In this document: piece by piece, positions 25,219 to 36,998 of the stretch | Numbering within the stretch: position 1 is the stretch's first letter | How the letters are laid out: each line of letters begins with the position of its first letter | NCBI RefSeq assembly: GCF_006345805.1 | Contig: NC_043008.1 | Span: 34,782,001 to 34,846,000 of the forward strand | Direction of reading: 5' to 3' | DNA: 64,000 nucleotides | Source: Octopus sinensis | Lineage: Eukaryota | The notes under the pieces: generated by a model | Seen by the model: the letters and a program-made list of their open reading frames with translations, nothing else | The model's database searches: none | Told to the model about the DNA's origin: nothing | Made by a program: the position numbers and the translations under genes

Positions 25219-26375
25219 GTTTGTTATCTTACATTTTGAATATGGTGTGACTGGTAAGAAGTTTGCTTCCCAGTAAAAGAATCAAACAAATAAAACAACA
25301 AAAGAATATGTGTGTGTGTGTGACTTTTTGTTTTGACATCACTTGATTGTTGTGAATGAATGCCACCATCATGTATGTAGCATCTTTCATTCTCAATCTT
25401 CCATGAAAACATGTCTGATTATGGGGAAAATATTACTTTGGAAACAGATGAGGATTGTAGAAAATGCGCTTCAACAAAATTTCGTCCAACTCAGGCAAAC
25501 ATAGAAAAGTGGACTTAAAAACAATAATGATAATCATCATCATGACTAGCACTATGACCCAGCGTTGCTGGGTCATAGTGCTAGTGCATGCATAGACAGC
25601 TGCGTGCATGCGCACGTACACGTGAGTACTGTCCAAGTCTCTGACCAATCACAGCTAATTGGCTTTCAATTGGCGTATCAAGTTCCAGGCATTTTGATTG
25701 GGTTTTGGATAGAAAATTCACAAAAAAGTCACTTCTATTGATTTTTTAATGGCTTTGCAGAGTGACTGGGGAAATGTAAAAATGTGCACGACCACCCTTG
25801 GATGGTTTTGAATGACCATAGAAAGTGCGAGCCCTGTAACTGAAAAATTGTGGATTTGTATAAAGGACACACACACAGACATTTTGCCATTTATATATAT
25901 AGAGATTACTCATATCACAATATAATTTACCCAATACACTCTCTAAAGTGGTTGATGAACAAATGGGGACAAGAGTTAAGAGGACTCTTTAGTCTTACTG
26001 AGGTAATGACAGCCTCTCTAATACTAGTGCCACGGAAAAATACACCCAGTATTGTCTTTAAAGTGGTTGCTGGTAGGTAAGGCATTCATCAATTGAAACC
26101 ATGCCAAAAATAGAACGTGTGAATGAGATATGATCTGTCTGCAAATAAAATCTGACTTGGTTCTCTGCATTCTCTGAGTTCAAATCATGCAGGAGTCAAC
26201 TCTGCTTCACAAGTGCCTGGATGGTAGATTAGAATTGTTAGTGTCAGGCAGTGGTCTTCAATCAGTTTTTCTATCATGGACTGATTTCATGCAAGACTAT
26301 TTTCCCATAAATCATGGGATCATGCGCATAACACAATGAAGTGCATAATATGTAATTTGACTATTACGTATATAG

Positions 26376-26416
<41 letters not shown>

Positions 26417-27307
26417 TACATATATAATGTAATAATTTCCTGCAGACTGTGATAGTCAATAAAATAGAAATAAAATTTTAAAATTTATTCTTTCTGTGCC
26501 ACCTGGTACAAAAGGATCCATGGCCCAGGACTGGTCTGTGGCTCAATGGTTGCAGACACCTAACTTAAGGGACCTATTTCAGCTTCTTTGCACTTTGATA
26601 GCAGCAACAACCTACAACAACATCGATGCCAAGCTGTATTAAACCCTGTTTTTCATTTGGATAACATCATTAGCATTAATGAAGAGAGAGATGTGTGGAT
26701 GGTGCAAGCATGGCTGTGTAGTTAACAAGATTGCTTTCTAACCAGGTGGCTTCAGGATCCGTCCCAGTGTGTGGTACCTTGGACAAGTGACTTCTACTAT
26801 AACTCCAGGCTGACCAAAGCTTTGTGAGTGGATTTGGTAGAAGGAAACTGAAAGAAACCTGTTATGTATATATAATGTGTGTGTCTTTGTGTTTATCTCC
26901 CTCCATTCCTTGATGACCAATATTGGTTTGTTTCTGTTCCTGTAACTCAGCAGTTCAGCAAAAGACACTCATAGAATGAGTGTCAGGCTTAAAGAAAAAA
27001 AAGTACTGAGGTCTATTTGTTCAACTAAAGGTGTTAAAGATAAATATCTAACCTTCTGACTCATACTAGTCGGGAAAAACCGATGTAAAGTAAATGGATG
27101 CTGGAAAAGACCAACTCCAACATCAGATGTAGGATGTTTATGGTGTATTATATTACAAGTTAGCATTTTCTTGAGAGAGATTTGAGTATTTGTGAAGTTG
27201 TTCATTGGACAAGACACCATCTCTGCTGGGACTGATACCTATATGATTCCAATCAGAGGCTACTCTGTGTTAAAAGTAACAGTGCATTTATGATCTCTTT
27301 TTAAAAG

Positions 27308-27443
27308 GTATCTGATGCGAAGTCTGATAGACTGGTTGATTGTTCTAAAGTTGATCTTTGGGCAGCTGGAATCTTGGCATTTGAAATCTTTGGCATTAAG
27401 GATTTGTTTGATCTGAGAACAAAAGAAAGGGAAGAATTTCCTG
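27308..27443 (+). CDS. PINK1: PINK1 exon 7
   Basis: VDCSKVDLWAAGILAFEIFG aligns with [27 protein letters not shown] donor, phase 1. Confidence 0.92.
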
Positions 27444-27839
27444 GTAAGTGTCACAATTTTAAATTCTATTTAGTATTTTTCAAGTGAAAGCCTTTTTTCT
27501 GTTTTTTTTTTCTATTTTGCAATCCAAGCTACCAAAGAAGTCTGTCAGTTGAAGCTAATTAACAACACTACCCTCCTCCTCCTCCTCCTCATCATCATCA
27601 TCATCACCATCATCATCAGCAGCAGCAGCAGCACCAAAACATCATCACCATAGTTGTTGTTTTTTTCTACTTTCAACATAGATTCAGGTATGGCTGTGTG
27701 GTTAAAAAGCTTGCTTTGTAACCACATAGTTTTGGGTTCAGTCTCATTGTGTGACACTTAGGGCAAGTGCCTTTTATTTCAGCTCTCTGTGCATAAAAGA
27801 CTTGTGAGTAAATTTGGTGGACAGAAACTGAATATATAT

Positions 27840-28075
27840 AGGCAGCGAGCTGGCAGAAACGTTTGCATGCTGGACGAAATGCTTAATGGCATTTCGTCTT
27901 TTGTTACATTCTGGGTTCAAATTCCACCGAGGTTGACTTTGCCTTTCATCCTTTTGGGGTTGATAAATTATGTACAAGTTATGCACTGGGGTCGATGTAA
28001 TCGACTTAATCCCTTTGTCTGTCCTTGTTTGTCCCCTCTATGTTTAGCTCTTTGTGGGCAATAAAGAAATAAGAA
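27840..28075 (+). mobile_element. SINE family 2
   Basis: Same head, core and tail as the 17174 copy. Confidence 0.8.
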
Positions 28076-28546
28076 ACTGAATATGTATACATATATACCC
28101 ATATACAGAGTTGTTAACTCATGAGACAAAATACTTGGCGGCACTTTTTCTGGCCTTTTACATTCAAAGTTCAAATACCACCAAAGGTCAACTTTATCTT
28201 TCATCCCTTTTGGGTCAATAAATCCCAGTCAAGTACTGGGTGTCATTGTAATCAATTTGCCCCTTCCCTTCAAAATTTCTGGCCTTGTGCCAACATTAGA
28301 AGGACTTGTACATAAACATGCAGTTCAAAGTTTTCTTCCAGTGACCTCTGCAGAAAATATCTTGACTCCCAACCACTGCCACCACCTCAATGAAAGAACC
28401 TATATGCAGTTGCCCCTTGACTTACCTCTATACATGATGGCCAAATTCCCACAGCACAACCTTCCACCATCCCTCTGCCACTGCCCTCATCATTTCCTTT
28501 ATTGTTGCTTTTTAATAATTGTTCCTTTTCTTTGGTCCCTTCATAG

Positions 28547-28608
28547 ATTTCATCCCACCTGTGATACAAAGAGTGATTGATGGCCTGATGATTAAAGACC
28601 CTACTCAG
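28547..28608 (+). CDS. PINK1: PINK1 exon 8 (62 nt)
   Basis: Pyrimidine tract plus TAG; DFIPPVIQRVIDGLMIKDPTQ; CAG|GTAGAT. It is the piece needed to convert phase 1 to phase 0. Confidence 0.88.
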
Positions 28609-29814
28609 GTAGATATAATTGATTACCTTATAGATATAATTGATTACTTCATCTGTTGATATGCAGTTATGTTTCTTTTTCTTTGTCGTGGCTTAAGTTA
28701 GAAGGAGGAAGTTGACCTCCCATGTTGATAGGAAACTATTATCTTCAGCATTAAGGTCCTGACCATAATGCTTGCAACTTCACATTTGACTCAGTGACTG
28801 GCTTTTTGTTTTTTATAAAGTTCTTAATACAGCCCTGACCCAAGGAGCATCCAGGATATGACAGTTGGAGGGAGAGAGAGACAGTGTAGCACCAGCATTT
28901 GGTTCTTAATCCCTTTCAGCTGTGTTGAATGGAGCAACATGAAATGAAGTGCATTTACACTGGACACTACCTGTTCCAGGAATTGAACCAATGACTTTAT
29001 AATTGCGAACCCAATACCTTAGTCACTAGGGCACATGACAGTCAGCCTCTCTACTTTGCTTTCTGAAACTGGATTAAATTAATGTATCACTTAAAGTCTG
29101 CAAATTTAGATAAGTTTGTATGGGGAGACTAAAAAGGCTTGCGAGTTTGATTCCTGGTGGTGCATTGTGTCCTTGAGCAAGTTTTTCATTGCTCACTATT
29201 TTTCATTGCTCACTATTTTTCATTGCTCCTGTTCACTCAGCTGACAAAAAAGAGTTGTATCTGTAATTCAAAGGGTGAGCATAGTCACATTCTGTGTCAC
29301 ACTGACTCTCCTCAAGAACTGCGTTAAGGGTACATGTGTTTGTGGAATGCTCAGCCACTTATGTGTTAATTTCATGAACCGGTTTTTTCATTGATTGGAT
29401 CAACTGGAACACTTGTAACCCTTGGAGAGCCAGGCCAGGATTCTTGTCTTTCTATAGAATACAGGCTTTATCCAGATTTTCAGACTCCACTAAATAATGT
29501 TTGTTGTTGCAGATGACCACTGCTTCCTTAGACTTTAGTTTCTATAGAATACATCTATGAATGCTTTTGAACAGTATTCAGCAAGAGTTAATCTCTGGAC
29601 AGGATGAGATCACAATAATCCCAAGATGAAGCAATTTCATTTCACTAATTCTGTTAAAGCTCTTGTAAAAGCCATGAATGTTACAGTATTCCATTATCTT
29701 AACAATTTTGTCTTTTGAACCGAGTGAAAAGAAGAAAACAGTTTATATCTAGGAATGTTATAATGGCTGTTACCTTGTTGACTCTGAATAGTTATTCAAT
29801 TTTCTGAATTTCAG

Positions 29815-30105
29815 CGTCTTGATGCCATCACTGCCTGCAATATATTAAACATCTATCTTTGGAACTCGTCCTGTGATATGAAGCAGCAACCAAAATCCTT
29901 TTTACAACAATTGGCAAAAAGTGATGAACCAAAGGATTCTCCAGTTATCACCTTGAAGGAAAACTTTGTGAAACATCTCAACATCAAACTCTTATTTGAT
30001 GCTATATCTTTTGTTTATCCCAACTTCACCTCTCCTGTAGACCTGAGGGAAGTTGCTCAACAGTTTACAAATTATAACAGAGAAAAGCTTATTGTGCCAG
30101 TTTAA
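29815..30105 (+). CDS. PINK1: PINK1 exon 9 (C-terminal extension, stop)
   Basis: RLDAITACNILNIYLW aligns with RPSARVAANVLHLSLW. The nine exons sum to 1653 nt = 550 aa plus stop with no frameshift. Confidence 0.9.
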   Translation, partial: RLDAITACNILNIYLWNSSCDMKQQPKSFLQQLAKSDEPKDSPVITLKENFVKHLNIKLLFDAISFVYPNFTSPVDLREVAQQFTNYNREKLIVPV

Positions 30106-31070
30106 TTTGGGATCAGCTTGTGTGTGACAATTGTACAAAGAATTAAATAAATATAGAAAAGAACGCAAACAACAACAAAAAAAAAAGAATATTTACTTTG
30201 AAGAGTTAAATTTTCTTTATAATGCATGAAAATTAATTAGAAAATTCCAGTGGATATAAAATGAACAGGTTATCTTTGTTTCTTTTTTTTTTTATATCTT
30301 TGGTGTTTATATGAAGCATAATGGACAAGAAAATAGGGTACCAAGGAATCAAAAAACTACTTCATGAATTTATATATCTATTCTAAATGTTTCATTGTGT
30401 CCATGAGAAAGATTTCTAATTCTTCATACTTTCAGTTGATCTTCAGTTGTATGGAAATAAGTGCCGGGTTTTTCGAGTGAAGTTGCCTGTGAGAGATGAG
30501 CAACTTATCAAGAAAGGAAGTTCTGTTTTGCTTCCGTTTAATGCTACATAAAACTTTTTTTTAATGTTAAAAGTCAGAATGATGACTCAACATTCTCTCA
30601 GGTGCTGTTCATATCTTCCTCCTTTGACAATTCATCTGATGTCAAAAGGTCAAGTCAGTGGCTTGACCTTTTAGAGTTATCAATCAATAAGGTAGCCAAT
30701 GCTTGATCTATAAATGAGACCAGTGATCCCAGTTCCTTTCTGCCTACATCCACACAAATTGAATTCAGTTCTGCATAAACAAAAATCTTCATGGTTTTCC
30801 AGTGCTGTTACTGCTTCCAACAGTGGATTATTTGTCTTTTTCGTACGGATTTACAACAAGGTCAACTAAAGATGATTGAGAATTGTCTTACTCATGGACA
30901 CAGTGCAGCACCAATACCAATATACAATATCTTAATACTGTAGTTCTTTCTGTTATCTTATTGACTTGGCCATGGTGTGTAGATATGTATATAATTTGCA
31001 TGTTATTCAAAACATTAATCAAAAATTACTATGAATAAGAAATAAAACATTTTTTAATTTTGCATATATA

Positions 31071-31410
31071 CTGTTGTGTCTGGGAAGAGTCATTTTCTTT
31101 TTGTGCCTTATAATGTAACACACTCACCGGTAAAATTTCCACTTATTTCTTATTTTTATTTACCTAAAATTTTCGTTGCGTCTTGCAACCTTTACAATAG
31201 TGTAAATAACAGACAGAGTCAAGACTATTGCAAAGGTTGCAAGACGCAACGAAAATTTTAGGTAAATAAAAATAAGGAAAAAAGTGGAAATTTTACCAGT
31301 GAGTGTGTTACATTATAAGGCACAAAAAGAAAATGAGACTCTCCCCAGATAACAGAATATGCTTCACGAACTCATATAAAGAATCTTGCAAATCATCTCC
31401 AAAAACGAAA
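31071..31410. mobile_element. Foldback (palindromic MITE-like) element, copy 1
   Basis: About 130-bp arms (31071-31201 / 31223-31355) plus a non-palindromic tail shared with copy 2 at 55498-55815. Confidence 0.85.
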
Positions 31411-33159
31411 TTATATATATATATATATATATTGAAAAGTGTTTTATTTATTTTTTATTCAAAGTAATTTCTAATTAATTTTGAAATTAGAAATTACTTA
31501 TCTACTTGTATGAAAAATGTATATTATGATATATTTAATGCAATTTTAACGGCAAAATTTGGGTTTTGAGGCCTGCTAATAATAAGTGAAGGGGTTTAAA
31601 AAGAATTCTTAGAAAATAATTTGTTGTGAACAATCTTAATCTGTAAATTTGATTTTTATATTAATCGTCTTTATGCTAGAAGTTGTCTTGAAATTGTGTT
31701 TAATTATTAGCAATACTAGATTAGAGCACTTATTCTTTTTAAGGTGTGTGTTTGGCGACACATTTTGCAACCAGTGCACACAAGAAACTGATGTGAGCAC
31801 AAGTTACTGAAAATAATATAGTATTGTCAATTATACTAGAAACTGACTACTAAAAATTAGGGGAAGCTTTTTCACCATAATAAACTACAGAGTATAATTG
31901 TAAAAACGTGTGCATGTAAATGTAGAAATTCCCCAAATATTTCAAAATGCAAACTGAATGAATGGAAAGTACATTTGCAAAATGAATGTGTCTTTGGACA
32001 GTTTCATGTTCACTGTGTTTTCTATTTTATAATGTATGCTTTAAATGTGTGCAGTATTATCATTCATTTTTGTTTTACATCAAAATTTTGCATACATACT
32101 TCCAATCATACTCTAGCTTGTATGTCAATGAACAGATGACATATGATGCAATGTGCAGTAATAAACATAAGAAAATGTGCCGATCAGTTTATAACAAGTT
32201 TTTAACATTCACTCTACATTATGAAAAATGTGCACTGTCAGACTGAACATCTTATGAATGACACACAATGTTAAACACACCTAATCTCTATAATTTGGGT
32301 GCCATAATAAACTGCATTCAGTACACTGTTAAATGTGGGGTTCAGAAGTTCCTTTTGTCTTCAGTGACTATCTCTTTAATGCTGGTGTTATGGAAAAAAA
32401 ATGTACTTAATATGTAAAAGGATTGGTGTTAGAAAGGGATCCAATCAGAGAAACCAAACCAAAAATGGAACTTATGAATGAGATCTTCCAACTCATCTTG
32501 TTGAATCCATGCCAGCAGCATGGGAAGTGGATGGGGGAAAAATGCTGATTATTCACCAAGAACTTTGTTACTTGTCTGTCATTAGATATAGTCTGCAACA
32601 GGTATGGCCACCGGCATTAAGAGTGACTAAAATATCAAAGTTACACTTATAACACCACCAGGTATTTAAATAAATGGTTACAGGCATTTTACTCTTAATG
32701 AAATTATAAATTTCTTTGCTTATGATTATGTAATAAATATTTTAATTCTTAAAATATTTCAATAAATATTTTAAAAACCTTGATGTAACAGAAAACTCAT
32801 CTAGGTTTGCTGTATAATTCTGTTGTGATACAATTACCTTTGTTAAATATAGGAATTGTATTCAATCCTTGTCAAATAAATAATGCATATCAAATAAATA
32901 CATATCAAAAAAATAATAAAAAAGAAATAAAAATCATTGATTATTTTGAACTTAAGTAAAATATTACGAAATTTTTACTCTTGATGCCTAAGAAACTCAT
33001 TGCATTGAACATGAGAATTGAGTGAGAATTGTGTTTGGTGATAACATCCCAAATAGATTAATCGTTCATATAAGAAACATAAGGCAGCAAGCTGGCAGAA
33101 TCATTAGTATGCTAAGCGAAATGCTTATCAGTATACTGTGTGGCCTTATGTTCATCATC

Positions 33160-33600
33160 ATCATCGTTTAATGTTCTTCCATGCTGGCATGGATTGGATG
33201 GTTTGACAGGAGCCTGCGCCATGCTTCTGTGTCTGTTTTGGCATGGTTTTACAGCTGGATGCCTTTCCTAACATCAATCACTCTGCAGAGTGGACTGAGT
33301 GTTTTTTTTTTTTATGTAGCACTCACACAGGAGAGGTCTGTTTTGGCATGGTTTTTACAGTTGGACACCCTTCCAAATGCCAACCACTTTACAGTGTGGA
33401 TTGGATGCTTTTTAAGTGGCACCTGCACTAGCAGGGCACCAAGTAACTTTGCATGACAAGGGATCTTTGAAAGGAGAGGAGGTGATCTTGTGTCTGATGA
33501 CAAAAGGCTAATGTAACAGAGACAGAAACAGATGTCTTGCAGTAGAGGAGGTACATGGTTATGCAGCCAGAGAGAGGGAGAGAAAGAGAATGAGGGTAAG
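33160..33600 (-). mobile_element. RTE-type 3' end remnant
   Basis: CATCATCATCATCGTTTAATG..CCATGCTGGCATGG tail and GGATGCCTTTCCTAAC blocks as at 14326 and 57272. Confidence 0.6.
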
Positions 33601-35469
33601 GAACAGGTGTGCTGCTGAAGAGGAGAGACAGGGTTATTCAGAGAGAGCGGGGGAATTAACAAGAAAGAGTTGTGCTGCTGTAGAGGAGATATATGGTTAT
33701 CTAGCCAGAGGTAAGAGCAAGAGAAGTGGGGAGAGAGAGTGATCAAGAATGAGGGTAGAAACGGGTTTGTTGCTGTAGAGGAAGTATATGATTACTCAGC
33801 CAGAGGGAAAAGTACAAGGAAGAGTGAGTAGGTAAGAGCGAGAGAGGGATGAGGGCAAGTGCCATCAACTTAACTACTGGATATGAATACAAAAAAAGAA
33901 AAACAAGAAGAATAAAATCTGCTGTCAAGCTGGTGTGGCTGAACCAGTCTGATCTCAAGCTCAAATTCACAGCCTCCATGGCAGTCCATGGTTGGGTGGA
34001 GAGAACATATTGAGGCTTTCGTCCTGCAGTGGACGAATCCAACAAGAAAAAGTTCCCTATACAGGCACAGTTGAAACTGCGTTGAGAAACTTTCTTCCCA
34101 ACTGTGTGGTGTTGGGTTCAATCCTACTGCATGACACTTTGGGCTGTCACCTACTATAACTCTAGGCTGATCAGAGCTTTGTGAGAGGATTTGGTTGAAG
34201 GAAACTGAAATAAGCCTGTTGTGTGTGTGTGTGTGTGTATCTTTGTGTCTGTTAGTTGACCCCCCCACTACCACTATTTGACAATCAGTATTGGTTTGTT
34301 TACATCCCCATAACAGCAGGTACATTAAAGAGATAAGTAATCAGGCTTAAAAGAAAATAAGTACTTGGGGCAATTTTTTTGACAACCCTTCAGAGTGGTG
34401 CCCCATCATGGCCACAGTCTAACGGCTGAAACAAATGAAAGATCCTGTGAGATTCTATCAAGTCTGGTTTAATAGACAGAGGAAAAATACTGAGCTACAG
34501 AATACAGTTTGCAAATAGTTTTAGATAATGTTTATTATGAGGGGGAGAGATTTACGACAAAGGACAACTAAACCTTTGAGACCAGCAGCTGTGAGCCAGA
34601 AAACAGATCTGTAAAGTGAATTAGATTTATAGCTAGGTTGGTGCTCTCATGATGGTGGAAAGGCAGCAGAGCCATAAAGTCCTATCTCATAGGGGACAGG
34701 ACTGGAAGGAATACAAAAAAAAAAAAAAAGACAGGTAGGGTGCAAGGAAGGATATCAGGTTGTTAGATGTGAAGCATATCTAGTAAGAAGAAAAGCTGAA
34801 GATGAGAAGCTTGTGGGGCTTCTGGTTACAGGGCTGTACATCAGTGTGAGTTAGGACATGTCAGTGAGATCCTTATGAAATGATAATGGCACTTATACTG
34901 TCTTATGGAAATATTGTTTTGAATATTGCTAAATAAAGAAAAATTACCTCAGGTGGCCCAACAGAAATATTATTGTCTAATGAAGCTGAAAGTACTACTA
35001 GGGGAAGGGATTGTTCCTGAGGTCTTGAAACTATCAGGAGAATTAGGATACTTGCTAATTACTTACATATTAATCAGGTAGTGCAGGGAGATGTAATCCC
35101 CAATGATTTGTTTAGCAGTATCATTTTATCAATAGCTAGAAAAGAGTAAAGACCCCCTTCGGTCATGAATGACCATAGGATTGCAACCAGAAAGTTCCCC
35201 TCTGAGGCACAAGTCCAGGTAAGGTTATTTATGGAAAACCACCAGTCTCCCCTTTCCACTGATGTTATCCAGGGAAAGGCGAAGGCTGATACAGCTTGGC
35301 ACCAGTGATGTCACCACTCATTTCTATAGCTGAGTGAACTGGAGCAATGTGAAATAAAATGTCTTGCTCAAGAACACAACATACAGCCTGATCTGGGAAT
35401 CGAACTCACTACCTCATGACAGCGAGCCCAATGCTCTAACAAACGAGCCTTGTGCTCCCACTAGAAGGA

Positions 35470-35960
35470 CAATCAGATTAATGAAGCAAGTCATGAAAAT
35501 GGCAGAGGAAATTCTAGTGCAGCTAATCATGAAGAGAATTAACTTGAATGATATATAGGTTAGATTTGTGCTTGAATGTAGAACCACTAACTTCAGAAGT
35601 TCCTAGATATGATAAAGCCACTACACTTGGTATTCATTGATTTGGAGGAGACTTCTGACATAGTACCTTGCACAGTAGTCTGATGTCATGAAGAAAATTT
35701 CATGTAAATGAATGACTTGTGAGTCATATATAGGGGCCATGTATATCAATAAATTCAGTGAGGAAGTTAGAATGCAGGGAGGTGCCCCTCAGGGTTTGGT
35801 TCTCAACCCCTCCTATTTATTGTTTTCCAGACCATAACAGAGTTCAAGACCAGTTATCCTTAGGGATTCTTGGATATCAGTGACTTAATTTTCACAGCTG
35901 TATCAATCAAAGAATTAGAAGGAAAGTTCCAAAAGTGGGAAAAAGGCTAAGAATTGAAGG
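35470..35960 (+). mobile_element. Degraded RTE reverse transcriptase remnant
   Basis: RLMKQVMKMAEEILVQLIMKRINLND, later GGAPQGLVLNP-like and TSYP.GFL pieces paralleling the RT at 58800-59070. Confidence 0.6.
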
Positions 35961-36207
35961 CCTAATGATCTGTAGCACAGACAAAAGTTCTGTTAAGCAA
36001 GAAAGAATACAAGATACTATGCAGTGGGACTGAACCTAGAACCGTGTGGTTGGGGAGCAAACTTCTTACCACACAGCCACACCTTTCTAAATATTTCATT
36101 TTGTGTTCTTAAATGTGGTGCTCACATACTGTAGACCATGTTTCAACAACATCACTGTCAGACACTAAATAAAATCTTTACATACAAGATGTTATCAAAA
36201 AGTTCTC

Positions 36208-36989
36208 CCACCCTAACCCTAACCCTAACCCTAAAATAGATTGAAATGCAATAGATCGATACTAGGGTCATAATTATGGATGACATTTTCATTTGACACC
36301 GCTAGAAAAAAATCCCATTTTCTGTAGCGGTGTTGTATGAAATTGTCACCCATAATTATGACCCTAGTATCGATCTATTGCATTTCAATCTATTTTCGCA
36401 AATGTAAATAAACCCAATCTGTTTCTTAAACAAGGGACATATTCATACAGCACAGAATCTTTTCCCCCCAAATGGAGGTGAGCGATTGGTTAAAATTGCC
36501 GAAATGCTCGAAATTTCCGACGAAATATCTTACAAACTATAGAATTTTCTCAATAAAGCCAAGAAAAAATGATGTTTTATAAACACATTCTACCAGTATA
36601 CGAAGTTTAAAAGTGTTTAGTTAACTAGAAATTGTGTTGACATCTGCCGTTCAAAAGGAAAAGATCCATCTTTTTCTCTTGGCTTTATTGAGAAAATTCT
36701 ATAGTTTGTATGATATTTGTTTTTTTTTCTTCAATTTCTGCAATTTCAACCAATCAATGACGTCTATTGAGGTGAAAACATTCTGTGTCGGATGAATATG
36801 TCCCTCGTTTAAGAAACAGATTGGGTTTATTTACATTTCTGAAGAAAAAAAAGATACCCTTCCCCCACCCCTAACCCTAACCCTAAAACAGATTGAAATG
36901 CAATAGATCGATACTAGGGTCATAATCATGGGTGACAATTTCATATGACACCGCTAGAAAAAAACTGCCGTTCAAACCGAAAAGATCCA
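36208..36989. mobile_element. Complex nested foldback element carrying (CCCTAA)n
   Basis: (CCCTAA)4 at 36211-36234 and (CCCTAA)3 at 36869-36886; hairpin about 36234-36395; inverted pairs 36400-36460/36780-36840 and 36530-36575/36670-36715; 36208-36312 directly repeated at about 36866-36965. Confidence 0.75.
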
Positions 36990-36998
36990 ATTTTTTAT

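Noticed and set aside
32340-32610. Possible exon ending at CAG|GTATGG (about 32602) as an upstream XPA exon
   Set aside because: The ATG-led frame ends in phase 0, incompatible with XPA exon 2, and there is no homology.
36211-36886. (CCCTAA)n as a telomere or chromosome fusion scar
   Set aside because: Only 3-4 units, embedded in a duplicated element segment.
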